Notes: generated from the sequence alone by a model not told the origin. A stretch of 42,865 bases of DNA from a virus (IMGVR_UViG_3300010361_000764:1-42865); one strand, 5' to 3'. Counted from the stretch's first letter, positions 16,197 to 26,319 are shown. A program made the numbers and translations.

Positions 16197-16342
16197 CCCG
16201 CCCCGCCACCCTTCTCCGGGGGAGAGGACTCGCGCTTGAATATCCCGGCGAAACTACACGCAATGACCGCCACGAGAATCATTGCGACGATCACGATGAC
16301 GAAAAGCTGGCCCTGGCTCAACTTCGATAGCAGGCTAATCAC
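16190..16342 (-). CDS. 50-aa single-TM protein (not in the ORF track)
   Basis: GTG start, MISLLSKLSQGQLFVIVIVAMILVAVIACSFAGIFKRESS..., preceded by GAAGGGAAAA. Confidence 0.55.
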   Translation of the reverse strand: MISLLSKLSQGQLFVIVIVAMILVAVIACSFAGIFKRESSPPEKGGGAGE

Positions 16343-16376
16343 GGGTATTTTCCCTTCGCGTTTCCGGGGTGTTATT

Positions 16377-16685
16377 TCACGAGCGTGCCCAGCGGCTTGA
16401 TAGCCCCACCCTCGCCTGCGTCACATCGGGCACGGCGGGCGCGGGGCGGCACCGCTGGCACCGCAGGATGCGCCCGGGGCGTTCGGGGTCGGGGAAGTGG
16501 GCATGCTGAGAGGCCCCCCGGTGCTTATGCCGCCAGCGGCGCCACTGGCGCGGTGTGACGTTCGCCCACGGTTCCTCCTCTGCCCACGCAGGGTCGTACC
16601 GCACTGCCCGTTCCGCCGAGAGCATGATCACAACCTCCAGGTCTTCTGCCAGTTCAGGCCATGCGGGCTTAGCACCCCACCGCAT
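16377..16685 (-). CDS. Hypothetical protein
   Basis: ORF with GGAGGGG RBS and an HxH...CxxC motif. Confidence 0.5.
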   Translation of the reverse strand: MRWGAKPAWPELAEDLEVVIMLSAERAVRYDPAWAEEEPWANVTPRQWRRWRHKHRGASQHAHFPDPERPGRILRCQRCRPAPAVPDVTQARVGLSSRWARS

Positions 16686-16962
16686 GATTTTCCCCTCCGG
16701 TTCCCGTCACACCTGCCCCAGGTTTCATTCTACCGCCGGCACTCATCGCCGGTGTACGGTGGCCGCTAGCGGGATGGTGCCCGCCCCCCGCCTGCTGTTG
16801 ACGCAGCAGGCGGGGGGCCAAAGGGCTTGCCGGGGGGGGGTGCGGCCGGCCGTTCGGCACATCCAGCCAACTCCTGGTTTTCCACGCCCGCGATCGGAGG
16901 CTGTGAGTGACCCCAACCGTCGCTACCCCGGCAATCCATAGCATAAACACAGGTGCCATCTG

Positions 16963-17961
16963 ATGGCGCGCACCGAAGCGCGCATCTTCACCTCGATCTG
17001 GGCCGACCCGGATTTCCGCGCCCTGCCCATGGGCGCCCAGCACCTCTACCTCTTCCTCGTCTCGCAGCCAGACCTCTCGCACTGCGGGGTGATCGCCCTG
17101 CGCCCGAAGCGGTGGGCCGCGATGACCGATGGCATGACCGTCGCCGCGCTGGAGAAGAACCTCGAAGCCCTCGAGGGGTGCATGCGCCCGTTCATCATCA
17201 CCGACGCGGCGAAGGGGGAGTTGCTGATCCGCTCGCTGGTGCGCCGTGACCGCATCCTCCGGAGCCCGAAGATGGCCAACCCCCTCGCCGCAGACCTCGC
17301 CGTCGTGGAGTCGGATCGGCTACGCAGCGTGATCTCTTCGGAGATCGAACGGGCCGTTGCAGACGATGACGTTCACCCTCTTTTGAAAGACTTCGCCGAG
17401 GGGTGGATCAAGCGGCTATCTTCGCAGGTGAATACCCTATGCCATACCGTACCCGATAGGGTACCGGATACCGTACCGGATACCCTTAGGGGCAGGGGGT
17501 CAGTTACTAACCCCAGCCTTTTGGTTAAAAGCAAGGCCACGCCTGTCACGAACGGTAGGCGTGACCAACCAGGCGAGCGCGAAGACGTTGACCGCCTCTG
17601 CGAGCACATGGCCGATAGCGTTGAGAACCAGACCGGCGTGCGCCCCCGCTACGGCGTCCAGTGGCGCCGCGCCGCGCGGCTGATGCTCGATGACGACAAG
17701 CGCACCGAGGCCCAGGTTCACGCGGCCATCGATTGGTGCGCCAGCGACGAGTTCTGGCGCCCCCACGTCCTCTCGCTGCCGAAGCTCCGAACGAAGTACG
17801 TTCAACTCCAGGCCGGCGCGAAAATGCGCCCGGGCCGGCGCCCCAGCACCACCGACCGGGCGGTGCAACAGCCCCTCGAAGATCTTCTCGGCACCTTCGA
17901 CGACAGCTCCCCCGGCGCCCGTGCTACGGTCGGCCTCAACGGGAACGGGAGGGGAATTTGA
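16963..17961 (+). CDS. Phage replication initiator protein
   Basis: IWADPDFRAL...LYLFL.SQPDLSHCG N-terminus; C-terminal DEFWRPHVLSLPKLRTKY; internal repeats; lies upstream of loader and helicase. Confidence 0.75.
   Translation: MARTEARIFTSIWADPDFRALPMGAQHLYLFLVSQPDLSHCGVIALRPKRWAAMTDGMTVAALEKNLEALEGCMRPFIITDAAKGELLIRSLVRRDRILRSPKMANPLAADLAVVESDRLRSVISSEIERAVADDDVHPLLKDFAEGWIKRLSSQVNTLCHTVPDRVPDTVPDTLRGRGSVTNPSLLVKSKATPVTNGRRDQPGEREDVDRLCEHMADSVENQTGVRPRYGVQWRRAARLMLDDDKRTEAQVHAAIDWCASDEFWRPHVLSLPKLRTKYVQLQAGAKMRPGRRPSTTDRAVQQPLEDLLGTFDDSSPGARATVGLNGNGRGI
17432..17486. repeat. 12-bp periodic repeats (candidate iterons/origin) inside the initiator gene
   Basis: ataccctatgcc ataccgtacccg atagggtaccgg ataccgtaccgg ataccct. 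Confidence 0.6.
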
Positions 17962-18353
17962 CCAAAGACGCGGTGTTGCTCATTTTGGCTCGGTGTGCCT
18001 CGTTTGACCAACGCACCATCGGCAAAGCCGATGTTGAGGCGTGGCATTTGGTGATTGGGTACATGACTCACGCCGAGGCGGAACGGGCTGTAGTCGAGCA
18101 TTATTCAGAGGAATCCCGCCGGATATGGCCGGCCGATATTGTGCGCCGCGTGGAAGAGCGCCGTAACCAGTGGTTCGCCGCTCACCCCGATTACGGCCCC
18201 GACCGCCCGGATGTGGTTCCGCCGTGGGCCACGCCGGAGGAGTGGCAGGCGATGTGGGATCGTGGCGAGGAGATGTGGCGCGCCGGGATGACCGCCAACC
18301 GCGAGCGGATCAGGGAGTCGATGCGCCGCGCCCTGGGGGGCACGGGTGCCTGA
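17958..18353 (+). CDS. Putative helicase loader
   Basis: TTG start overlaps the initiator stop; D.RT...VEAW...AVVEHY...I.PADI pattern; lies between initiator and helicase. Confidence 0.65.
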   Translation: MTKDAVLLILARCASFDQRTIGKADVEAWHLVIGYMTHAEAERAVVEHYSEESRRIWPADIVRRVEERRNQWFAAHPDYGPDRPDVVPPWATPEEWQAMWDRGEEMWRAGMTANRERIRESMRRALGGTGA

Positions 18354-19572
18354 CGTGTTCCGTGATGCGGGCAGCGAGGATGTGGTTCTCGGCTCGATGA
18401 TGCTGGACCCGGCGGCGATCACGGCGGTGGGGGAAATCCTCGAGCCGGATGATCTCTACTACTCGGGGCTCTACCTGCGGTTGATCATCCGGCATGCGGC
18501 GGGGGAGCCCACGGATGTCGCTGCGATGGCGGTGGTGGTGAACACCTCCTCGCCGCCGCTGGTGCCGGAGGTCACGCCACTGGACCTGGTCCGGATGATC
18601 GAGGCGGTGCCCACGGCCGTACAGGCGCCGTGGTTCGCCCGCCGGGTACGGGACGTGGCCTTGAGGCGCAGGGTGCACGAATTGGGCCGCAGCATGGCGT
18701 CCTGGGCCGCAGACGGCCAACACGAAACGGCGGGGGGGATCATCCTTGAGGCCGCGCGGCGCATCGAGGGCCTCGCGGCGGCGGTGGACCCCCCGGAGCG
18801 CTCCGTCACTGCCGAGGCGTTCCTCGAACTAGAGTTCGCACACGGTGCCCCCGTGATCCCCGGTGTCCTCCACGGCGGGGAGCGCGTCATCGTCGTAGCC
18901 CCCGAAGGCGCCGGGAAATCCACGTTGCTCCGCCAGGCGTGGATGGCGTGCGCCGCCGGCGTGCACCCGTTCGCGTGGCACGAGCGCATCCCACGGGTAC
19001 GCACCCTCTACGTAGACCTTGAGAACCCCGGGCCGCTGCTCCAAGCGCGGGTCCGCGCCCTCCTCCGCACCGCCGGCGGCGGGGTAGGTGACTACGCCCG
19101 CATCTGGAGCAAGCCGGGTGGAATTGACCTCCTTTCCCCCTCCGACGCCGCCGCCCTCGACGCCTTGATAGCGCACGCGAAACCCGCCCTGATCTGCGTC
19201 GGCCCCCTCTACAAGGCGATGCGTGATACCGGCGCACGCGCGGAAACCATTCACGCCGCGCACGCCGCGTACTGGGACCGGGTACGCGAACGCCACGGGT
19301 GCGCCCTGTGGATGGAGGCCCATGCCCCCCTCGCCACCGGCGGCCAATCACGCCTTCTTCGCCCCATGGGCTCCGGGGTGTGGTCACGGTGGCCCGAGTT
19401 CGGCATCGCCCTCCAGGTACCCAAACTCTCCGACGGCCTCCCCGCCGGCGCCCTCATCGTTGACCGTTTCCGTGGCGACCGCGATGACCGCCCCTGGCCA
19501 GCCCAACTGTTGCGTAACACCACGTCATGGCCCTGGAAGGCGGTGTATCACCCCAGGGTTCCCCGCCCCTAG
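18346..19572 (+). CDS. Replicative helicase (DnaB-like N-terminus + RecA-type ATPase)
   Basis: EDVVLGSMMLDP N-domain, Walker A APEGAGKS, YVDLEN. Confidence 0.8.
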   Translation: MPDVFRDAGSEDVVLGSMMLDPAAITAVGEILEPDDLYYSGLYLRLIIRHAAGEPTDVAAMAVVVNTSSPPLVPEVTPLDLVRMIEAVPTAVQAPWFARRVRDVALRRRVHELGRSMASWAADGQHETAGGIILEAARRIEGLAAAVDPPERSVTAEAFLELEFAHGAPVIPGVLHGGERVIVVAPEGAGKSTLLRQAWMACAAGVHPFAWHERIPRVRTLYVDLENPGPLLQARVRALLRTAGGGVGDYARIWSKPGGIDLLSPSDAAALDALIAHAKPALICVGPLYKAMRDTGARAETIHAAHAAYWDRVRERHGCALWMEAHAPLATGGQSRLLRPMGSGVWSRWPEFGIALQVPKLSDGLPAGALIVDRFRGDRDDRPWPAQLLRNTTSWPWKAVYHPRVPRP

Positions 19573-19645
19573 AATTGCTATTTGACACGGCCGGCGTATA
19601 GCATGCGCGGGTGCATGTCAGCAAACCGAAAACAGGGAAGGGAAC

Positions 19646-20533
19646 GTGATGACGGCACCAACGCAAACCCCCGCGTGGGAGACCGACCGCCGCGCCGAGT
19701 GGATGCCCGGCCCGGGCACGAACGTAGAGGGAACCGCCCTTTACCCCGGTTCCGACCCCCGCCTCGTCGGCTACGTTCGCGTCGGCGACCTCGTGGTGGA
19801 CCAGACGGTGCAGCGCGGCGTTCCCGCCGCGCGCATCGAGCGCCTGGCCAATAACTGGGACTGGGATCGCGCCGAGGTTCCCACGGTGCGGATGCGCCCG
19901 GACAACAGCCTCGTTGTTCTCGAAGGCCAGAACCGGGTGCTCGCCTTGCAGCACCGCGACCCCGACATCCGCATCTGGGTCATCGTCTCCGACGCCGTCG
20001 CCGAGGTCACCGGCGAGGCTGGCGTGGCCCTCGGCATCACCATCGGGCGCCGTAGCCATTCCTCGCTAGAGCGGTGGAACCTGCGGGTGCGGGGCGGCTC
20101 GGTGCGCGAGAACCTCGCCGAGAACGTGTTCACCGCCCTCGGCGTCCGCCTGGTTGGCGGGTACAAGTCCGCGAACACCATCGTGGCGATCTCCACGCTC
20201 GAGTCAATCATCGGCACGGGCACCCCGGAGGAGGGCGCGGACCTGCTCCGTGACGTTCTCTCGGTGCTGAAGGAGTCGTTCACCGACGAGGACGTGTACC
20301 GGTTCGACGCGCTGCTGATGCGCGCCCTCCGCGAGATCATCAAGCGGAACCCGGGCATCGTTGACTTCGCGCGCCTGAAGACCATCCTGCGGGGCAAGGA
20401 CGCCAACGGGTGGCTCCGGTTCGCCGACAGCGGCGTCTACCCCTCGCCGTCACGCAACGTCGCCGAGGCCGTCATGAACCACTACAACCGCGCTAAGAAG
20501 CAGAATCTCCTGGCGTGGGCACTGCAGCGGTAA
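19646..20533 (+). CDS. ParB-like N-terminal domain protein
   Basis: DLVVD..VQR and VVLEGQNRVLA (DGQHR-like) motifs. Confidence 0.65.
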   Translation: MMTAPTQTPAWETDRRAEWMPGPGTNVEGTALYPGSDPRLVGYVRVGDLVVDQTVQRGVPAARIERLANNWDWDRAEVPTVRMRPDNSLVVLEGQNRVLALQHRDPDIRIWVIVSDAVAEVTGEAGVALGITIGRRSHSSLERWNLRVRGGSVRENLAENVFTALGVRLVGGYKSANTIVAISTLESIIGTGTPEEGADLLRDVLSVLKESFTDEDVYRFDALLMRALREIIKRNPGIVDFARLKTILRGKDANGWLRFADSGVYPSPSRNVAEAVMNHYNRAKKQNLLAWALQR

Positions 20534-21069
20534 CCCCGGAGGGATGGGCGGCATCACGCCGCCCATCCCAGGCGCAGATAGAGCGGCGCCGCGACATGGT
20601 GGTCGACATGACCAACGCGGGGTACTTCACCGATCAAATCGCCTCCGCGCTGCGCGTGGCGAAGTCAACTATCAATAGTGACCGTAACGCCATGGCGGGG
20701 TTCATCCGGTTCAAGGCGGCGAGCCGCATGGCGCGGCTCGCCGACCCCGAGCCCCGGGATTGGATCAGCGAGCCGCCGCCGGTGGTTCGCCCCTACCATG
20801 ACACCATCCTCGGGCGGGCCACCGCTCTCTCCGAGGAATGGCGGGAAAGGAACATCCGCAACGAACTAGCCTACGCCTACACCGAGGCAGCCGGCGATGC
20901 GGAATGGGAGGCGCGGACGCGCCGCACCCTCGAGCATATCTCGCGGGTGACAGCCCAACTGCTCCGCATCCTCGACGACCCCGAGTACCGGCGCCAGGCG
21001 GCACGCGACCCCGCGTTCCGCGCTGACGTCGGGGGGCTTTTCGCCGGCGCAGGTAACCGCTCCGGCTAG
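20515..21069 (+). CDS. Helix-turn-helix protein
   Basis: RRDMVVDM..AG..TDQIASALRVAKSTINSD. Confidence 0.6.
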   Translation: MGTAAVTPEGWAASRRPSQAQIERRRDMVVDMTNAGYFTDQIASALRVAKSTINSDRNAMAGFIRFKAASRMARLADPEPRDWISEPPPVVRPYHDTILGRATALSEEWRERNIRNELAYAYTEAAGDAEWEARTRRTLEHISRVTAQLLRILDDPEYRRQAARDPAFRADVGGLFAGAGNRSG

Positions 21070-21183
21070 CCGGGGTAGGGTTAGGAACGCCCCCTGCGGT
21101 GCCCCCGGATGAAAAGAGGGGCCAAGCCAAAATCACCCGGGGCACCGCAGAGGCACCCGAAAACCAGTTTGAAAGGGGAACGG

Positions 21184-21468
21184 ATGGGAAACGGGACGCC
21201 GCATACCGAGAGCATCTGGCCATGCCTCTGTCACGACCACCACTACTTTCGCGTCACCCGGTTCGATGACAACACCGCCACCCTCTCCGTAGGCGGGGCC
21301 TACGGACGGCTGCCATGGCGCGCCCGGCTCGCCACTGCCCTGCGCATCCTCGCCGGCACCGACCACCACGCCTCCTACGTTGACCTGGTAGCCGACCCGG
21401 CTACGGCCCGTTCCGTGGCCGCCGCGCTGGTGGCTTTCGCAGATGAGGCAGAGGCGGCGGGAACGTGA
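21184..21468 (+). CDS. Hypothetical protein
   Basis: RBS AAGGGGAA; CxC..H motif; overlaps the next gene. Confidence 0.55.
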   Translation: MGNGTPHTESIWPCLCHDHHYFRVTRFDDNTATLSVGGAYGRLPWRARLATALRILAGTDHHASYVDLVADPATARSVAAALVAFADEAEAAGT

Positions 21469-21773
21469 CCGAAGGAGGCATCCCCGACTTTCCCCTTGCC
21501 GAGCTAACGGGCATCACCATCAACCCGAAATCACCTCTCGATAGGGTCTCCGATGCGATGACACAGGTTGCCGCAGATCACCCCGAGGCCCCCGAGAGCA
21601 TGCACGGCATCGTCATCCTCGGAGACGGAACGGGGCAGCACTCGGTATCGTTCATGAACTACGTCACCCGTGACGAGGCCCTCTCCGATGTCCTCGGGTT
21701 CGCCCGGCACGTGGGCGCACTGCTCGGCATCCGCATCGAATTCCGGCAAGGGGGAGACGAGGGGCGCAATTGA
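21465..21773 (+). CDS. Hypothetical protein
   Basis: 4-bp start/stop overlaps on both sides. Confidence 0.6.
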   Translation: MTEGGIPDFPLAELTGITINPKSPLDRVSDAMTQVAADHPEAPESMHGIVILGDGTGQHSVSFMNYVTRDEALSDVLGFARHVGALLGIRIEFRQGGDEGRN

Positions 21774-22147
21774 GTGATCTTTCCCCGCCGGTGCGCATGG
21801 CCGTGCATGAACGGGATAACAACCAGTGCCAGGCGTGCGGCACGCGGGTAGGGGTGTGGCATTCCATCCAGCACCGGAAGGCGCGCGGGGTAGGCGGGGG
21901 GAACAAGCTATCCAACCTGGTCTTGTTGTGCGGTTCCGCCACTTCTCCCGGGTGCCATAGATTGTGCGAGGATAGGTCACCGGAAATGCTGAGACGCGGG
22001 TTCTGGGTGCCCTCCTGGGCAGAACCGGCCACGGTTCCCCTGGAGGTTTTCGATGGAACCACGCGGGTTCTTGATGACGAGGGCGGATGGGAAACAATAG
22101 TTCTGCGGAAGGACTGGGATGATTACCACAAAACAACAGGCAGCTGA
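21770..22147 (+). CDS. HNH endonuclease
   Basis: RD..CQACG...QHRKARG.GG..LSNLVLLCGS...CH. Confidence 0.85.
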   Translation: MSDLSPPVRMAVHERDNNQCQACGTRVGVWHSIQHRKARGVGGGNKLSNLVLLCGSATSPGCHRLCEDRSPEMLRRGFWVPSWAEPATVPLEVFDGTTRVLDDEGGWETIVLRKDWDDYHKTTGS

Positions 22148-22427
22148 TGCGGTTACCGCAACCCTCGGGGAACGCGGGTGGTGTCAGGGAGTGACGCTAG
22201 ACACCGCAGGCCGCGTCTGCCTCGACGGCGCGTTCCTTTTCACGGGCCTCGCCTGCACCTACGCCGGCCGTGCCCTGAAAAACGCCATCATCTGCGACAT
22301 CGCCGAGAACTACCCGGCCCGGGGGCCGCTGATATGGACGTTCAACGATGACCCGGCTACCACCTACGAGGATGTCATCCTCGTAGTCAAGCGCGCCGGC
22401 GCATCCGAGGATTCCCCGGGCGAATGA
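22119..22427 (+). CDS. Conserved phage hypothetical protein (DUF6197-like)
   Basis: RGWCQG, VCLDGA and FNDDP.TT.EDVI motifs. Confidence 0.6.
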   Translation: MITTKQQAADAVTATLGERGWCQGVTLDTAGRVCLDGAFLFTGLACTYAGRALKNAIICDIAENYPARGPLIWTFNDDPATTYEDVILVVKRAGASEDSPGE

Positions 22428-22461
22428 CCCGGGGTGCACAAAAAGGTAGGGAAAGGAACAG

Positions 22462-23367
22462 ATGTTCGGATTCAGCATTTTCCTGGCGCTCGTGGCCGTG
22501 GTCGCGGTCATCACCGCCTCGCTCACGAAGGGTGACACCAGGGCCGCCGCAGGTTTCGCCTCCGCCGTCGCGTTCGCCGTGGCCGTCATCGCGGTTCTCG
22601 TCGCCTCGTACTCCCCCGTTGACACCCAGAACATTGGGGTGATCATCTCCTTCGGCAGGCCCGACGGCGAGGTCACCAACGGCATCCACTGGATAGAACC
22701 GTGGGCGGGGATGACGCAAATCGATGGTGCCATCCAGACCCAGACGTTCGAGGGGCCCGGCTGCGTCAACGTGCGCATCGGGCAGCAACAGCAGGCGTGC
22801 GCTGATGTGATTCTCCGGTGGCGCATCCGTCCGCCGGCCGCCGATGCGCTGTACCGGAACTATCACGGCGGCCCGTCGGTGATCGATGACATCTCCGGCT
22901 CCTTGGTTCACCCGGTGTTCGTCAACGCCCTCAACGCCAACCTCGACACCTATGACCCGGTTGCGGCGACCACCGCCACCCCGGGTAGTGCCGCCAACCC
23001 CCACCTTGCCGACATAGCGAGGGCGGTCGCCGCGCAGATGCGCGGGGACCTACGCGGCCAGATCACCGTCCTATCTGTGACGATCCCGCGCCTCGTCTAC
23101 CCCCAATCGGTGCAGGATCGGATCAACCAGGAGAACCAGCAGGCGGCCCAGACCGTCATTGCGCAGGAGGCGGTGCGCACGGCCCAGGCCCAGGCCCAGG
23201 CCAACGCCGCCCTCTCTCAATCGGTGGCAAAGTCCCCGCTGGTCCTTGTCGCGGAGTGCATGAACGTGATCGAGGCGCTCCAGAAGTCCGGCCAGAGCAT
23301 CCCGGTGGGGTTCTCGTGCTGGCCCGGCGCTAACAGCGGCGTCAACATCCTCGCCAACGGCGGCTAG
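22462..23367 (+). CDS. SPFH/band-7 membrane protein
   Basis: Two TM segments, GVIISFGRP..NGIHWIEPW, and an AQAQAQAN coiled coil. Confidence 0.85.
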   Translation: MFGFSIFLALVAVVAVITASLTKGDTRAAAGFASAVAFAVAVIAVLVASYSPVDTQNIGVIISFGRPDGEVTNGIHWIEPWAGMTQIDGAIQTQTFEGPGCVNVRIGQQQQACADVILRWRIRPPAADALYRNYHGGPSVIDDISGSLVHPVFVNALNANLDTYDPVAATTATPGSAANPHLADIARAVAAQMRGDLRGQITVLSVTIPRLVYPQSVQDRINQENQQAAQTVIAQEAVRTAQAQAQANAALSQSVAKSPLVLVAECMNVIEALQKSGQSIPVGFSCWPGANSGVNILANGG

Positions 23368-23375
23368 CCCAACAG

Positions 23376-23412
23376 CACCCCGGGGTGGTAACGAAAACGC
23401 CACCCGGGGTGC
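23376..23412 (+). terminator. Hairpin after the SPFH gene
   Basis: gcaccccggggtgg...ccacccggggtgc imperfect inverted repeat. Confidence 0.4.
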
Positions 23413-23532
23413 GCACAGCACCCGGTTAGTAGTAGCGTTCACCACTGATACGACCGGGACAGGAATGACCGAAGATGCGTCCCGGCCCCGCAGAGCCGGG
23501 GACTCCCCCCGATTAGGAGAGATCACCAAATC

Positions 23533-24366
23533 ATGCGACGTTTCGCCCTTGCCGTGTTCACCGCCGGCGTCCTCGCCGCCCTCGCCGTTCCCGCCACTGC
23601 GGGCGCTTCGACGGTCAGTAACCGTTTCTCCACCTCCCTCGGCGGCTATTCCGCCAGTTTCGGAACCGTGGCACTGAATAGTTCCCGCACCAACGTGACG
23701 CTGCCCAACCTCAGCAACGCCCCCTCCCCGATCCAGGCCGATAGCGTCGCCGCCGGCGCCGTTCTCCAAGCCGACCCCAACGGCACCAGCCTCACCCTGG
23801 GCGCGGGCTGGGTCTGGAATGACACGGCGCACCCCGGCGCGTGCGAGGGCCAGTGGACACTGGAGGAGGGCGCTAAGTTCGAGCCTTCCCAGACAGCCAT
23901 CCCCGCCCCGGACCTCAAGCCCATCCTCGACGGCGGCCAGCCTTTCTGCACGACCGGCGGCCCCGAGTACACCGAAGTGCACTGGTCAAGCTTCCTCCGC
24001 CAGTTCGCCGTGGTTTCCTCGCCTGTTGAGGCCGATGGGGTGACGGTGTACCGCCAGGACTTCGTTGTCAACCCCAGCTTCGATTTCCTCGACGCCGGCA
24101 TTGGCGTTGACACCTCCGGCGGCCTGGGCCACGCCGCCGCAACGCTGCCCAACGGAACAATGTTCGGGTTCACCCGTAACGGCCTCACCGAGGTTGCCGG
24201 CCAGAACATCTTCACCATCGGCGGCCGGCGCGTCACCCTCGACGCGTTCCCCAACATCGAGTTCATCGGCTCGACGCTGGGCGTGGGCACCCCGAGTGAC
24301 ACGATCACCCTGCAGCCCTCCGCGCTTCCCGCGCCGAGCTCCAACTTCACGGTGACCGTTCCGTAA
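23533..24366 (+). CDS. Secreted protein of unknown function
   Basis: Sec signal peptide (MRR-hydrophobic-AGA); AGGAGA RBS; beta-rich composition. Confidence 0.75.
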   Translation: MRRFALAVFTAGVLAALAVPATAGASTVSNRFSTSLGGYSASFGTVALNSSRTNVTLPNLSNAPSPIQADSVAAGAVLQADPNGTSLTLGAGWVWNDTAHPGACEGQWTLEEGAKFEPSQTAIPAPDLKPILDGGQPFCTTGGPEYTEVHWSSFLRQFAVVSSPVEADGVTVYRQDFVVNPSFDFLDAGIGVDTSGGLGHAAATLPNGTMFGFTRNGLTEVAGQNIFTIGGRRVTLDAFPNIEFIGSTLGVGTPSDTITLQPSALPAPSSNFTVTVP

Positions 24367-24463
24367 GGCCCGCGTAGTGCCCCCCTCCTAACCCCGTTCG
24401 GGAGACAAGGGGCGCCACGCACCGGCAGCACCCCGCGCCTATGGCCCCACCAAGTGGCGCGGG

Positions 24464-25189
24464 GTGTTGCCGTCCACGGGGGAACCCGGGTTAAAGTTGC
24501 CGGTAGTTTCACGGCGGCACGGGCGGGAAAACCACTGGGGGGTCACGGGCTTGGGTGGTTCTGCATACGAGAGGCTAGCCGGGGCCACAGCCGACCTCGC
24601 CATCCTCCTCGGCCGCCTCGAAGCGGTCATCGCGCACCGCGAGCAACGCGGCTACCGCGATGAGCACGTCACCGGGCGCGGCGGCACCCGCCCCCTCGCC
24701 GCGTGGAACACCGGCGCCGCCATGATCATCCTTGACGTGCACGCAGGCGCCCGGAAACTCGAAACGAACCTCCGCTATGAGATAGCGGGGGTTCACCGCG
24801 TTCGCGGCGGATCGGATGCGAACACCGGCGCGTGCCTTGACGCAATCCTCGGGTTGTGCGGCGGCGCTGATGACCACCTGGTGCGTGACGCCACCCGCCG
24901 CATCGAGCGGTGGTGCTGGCAAGCGCGCCTCGCCCTCGGGGAACGCGAGCCGTGGCTTCAACTCCCCCGCATGCCCGGGCAACAGCCGGCGCGGTGCCCG
25001 TGGTGCGCCCACCACACCCTCCGCCACAAACCCGTCACGGGGGTGGTGCGGTGCGTGAACCCGGAGTGCCGTGACGAGGCGGGCCGCCGCCCGTTCGGCC
25101 GCGTGCAGATAGGTACCTTCTCTGGCGAGCCGGGCCTGGTGTGGCAGGATGACTCCGCCGGCCTAGCCCTTCCGGGTAGCCGGCCGTGA
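24464..25189 (+). CDS. Hypothetical protein with C-terminal Zn ribbon (possible late regulator)
   Basis: CPWC...L...VRCVNPEC motif; start uncertain. Confidence 0.55.
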   Translation: MLPSTGEPGLKLPVVSRRHGRENHWGVTGLGGSAYERLAGATADLAILLGRLEAVIAHREQRGYRDEHVTGRGGTRPLAAWNTGAAMIILDVHAGARKLETNLRYEIAGVHRVRGGSDANTGACLDAILGLCGGADDHLVRDATRRIERWCWQARLALGEREPWLQLPRMPGQQPARCPWCAHHTLRHKPVTGVVRCVNPECRDEAGRRPFGRVQIGTFSGEPGLVWQDDSAGLALPGSRP

Positions 25190-25470
25190 CCCGCAAAGGG
25201 TGGTCATCGGCGGGGTTGCGCACCCTTGGTGATTCCCCGGATTTCTGGACCGCGTCGGAAGCGGCAGCCATCCTCGGGCCCCCGGAACTCACACCCGGCC
25301 AGGTCCGCCAGTTGATCCGCATAGCAGGCCTCGAACCGGCAGGGAAACGCCGGGTGACCACGTACGGCCGCGCGGGGCGCCACGCCCGCGTCTTCGCAGC
25401 CCGGGACTTGATACGCGCCTACGAGGCGGTGTGGGGCGTCCTGGGCGAGCACGGCGACATGCCCGCGTGA
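25186..25470 (+). CDS. Putative HTH DNA-binding protein
   Basis: WTASEAAAIL...QVRQLI...L.P.G...RVF pattern. Confidence 0.6.
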   Translation: MTRKGWSSAGLRTLGDSPDFWTASEAAAILGPPELTPGQVRQLIRIAGLEPAGKRRVTTYGRAGRHARVFAARDLIRAYEAVWGVLGEHGDMPA

Positions 25471-25471
25471 C

Positions 25472-25771
25472 CTACTTCTTGCCGCCCTCGTGGCGCCGCT
25501 TCTTCTCCGGGTTGATCCCACGGCCGCTGCTGCGCCGCCCCCCGCGCACCTGGTTGCGGTTGTCGCCCTGGCGCCGCCCGGGGCGCCGCGCCTCGTAGAT
25601 CGCATCGGCGCGTTCCACGTCCCTGGGGTTACATGTGTGCGGGAACTTCGGGTAAAACTCCTGCAAACAGTTCTCGCACGTTTCCTTGGGCAGTGCGCAA
25701 ACGTGCCCGTCGGTGGCGACGTACGCCTCTTTGCACGTGGGGCACGTGACAGCCCGCTTGTTACGCGCCAT
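25472..25771 (-). CDS. Small Zn-finger protein with basic tail
   Basis: Two CxxC...HxC units. Confidence 0.55.
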   Translation of the reverse strand: MARNKRAVTCPTCKEAYVATDGHVCALPKETCENCLQEFYPKFPHTCNPRDVERADAIYEARRPGRRQGDNRNQVRGGRRSSGRGINPEKKRRHEGGKK

Positions 25772-25940
25772 CACGCGGCCAGGGGGTTCCCCGGTTAACC
25801 CAGGCGTAACGCAAACTGGCCAGGACGCCGTTTTCGTAACGGATGCCCTTCGCGGTTCCCCGCGTCCACCGGTAACGCGCCACGAAATCACGGATCATGC
25901 CAATTCCCTTCTCTGCGAAACGCCTGCATCTTCAGCGCCG

Positions 25941-26013
25941 TGCGCCCGCCCGGAGTTGAACCGGGTCGCCTCCCCCTGCGGGGCACTCATCGTCTCCTCG
26001 AGCTCACGGGCGC
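25941..26013 (-). ncRNA. tRNA-like element with a collapsed anticodon arm (pseudo-tRNA or tRNA mimic)
   Basis: Acceptor GCGCCCG/CGGGCGC-A, T arm CCCGG-UUCAACU-CCGGG, D-like GCUC...GAGU; anticodon position is only CCCC-GCA-GGGG. Confidence 0.65.
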
Positions 26014-26115
26014 CAAGGGGGCGGCTCCGGCGGGGTGATCGGTTCCCGCCGGAGCCTGCACACTTTTTCCCGCATCAGGTATCACGGCCGTATGCTAGGG
26101 CAAGATGCCTGGTAT

Positions 26116-26140
26116 AACAATGGAACCGGGCTGTTATTCC
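26116..26140 (-). promoter_or_regulatory. SigR/SigH-like promoter upstream of the tRNA-like element
   Basis: GGAAT-N17-GTT. Confidence 0.5.
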
Positions 26141-26319
26141 CATGCGAACGGGGTACCGCCCTCGCCCCGACAGCGGGGCGGTACCCCGTTCACCCCGGCC
26201 CGCGCCCGGGCTGACACCGGGGCGCGCGGAACCCTACGCGCCCGCCGCCCGGGGGGCCGCCCCCGCGCCATGGGGGGCGGCCATGCCATCGCGCGCCCCC
26301 GCGCGGGGAATAACACCAA

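Noticed and set aside
19646-21069. ParABS plasmid-prophage partition system
   Set aside because: Only a ParB-like N-domain is present; no ParA ATPase or parS repeat array was found.
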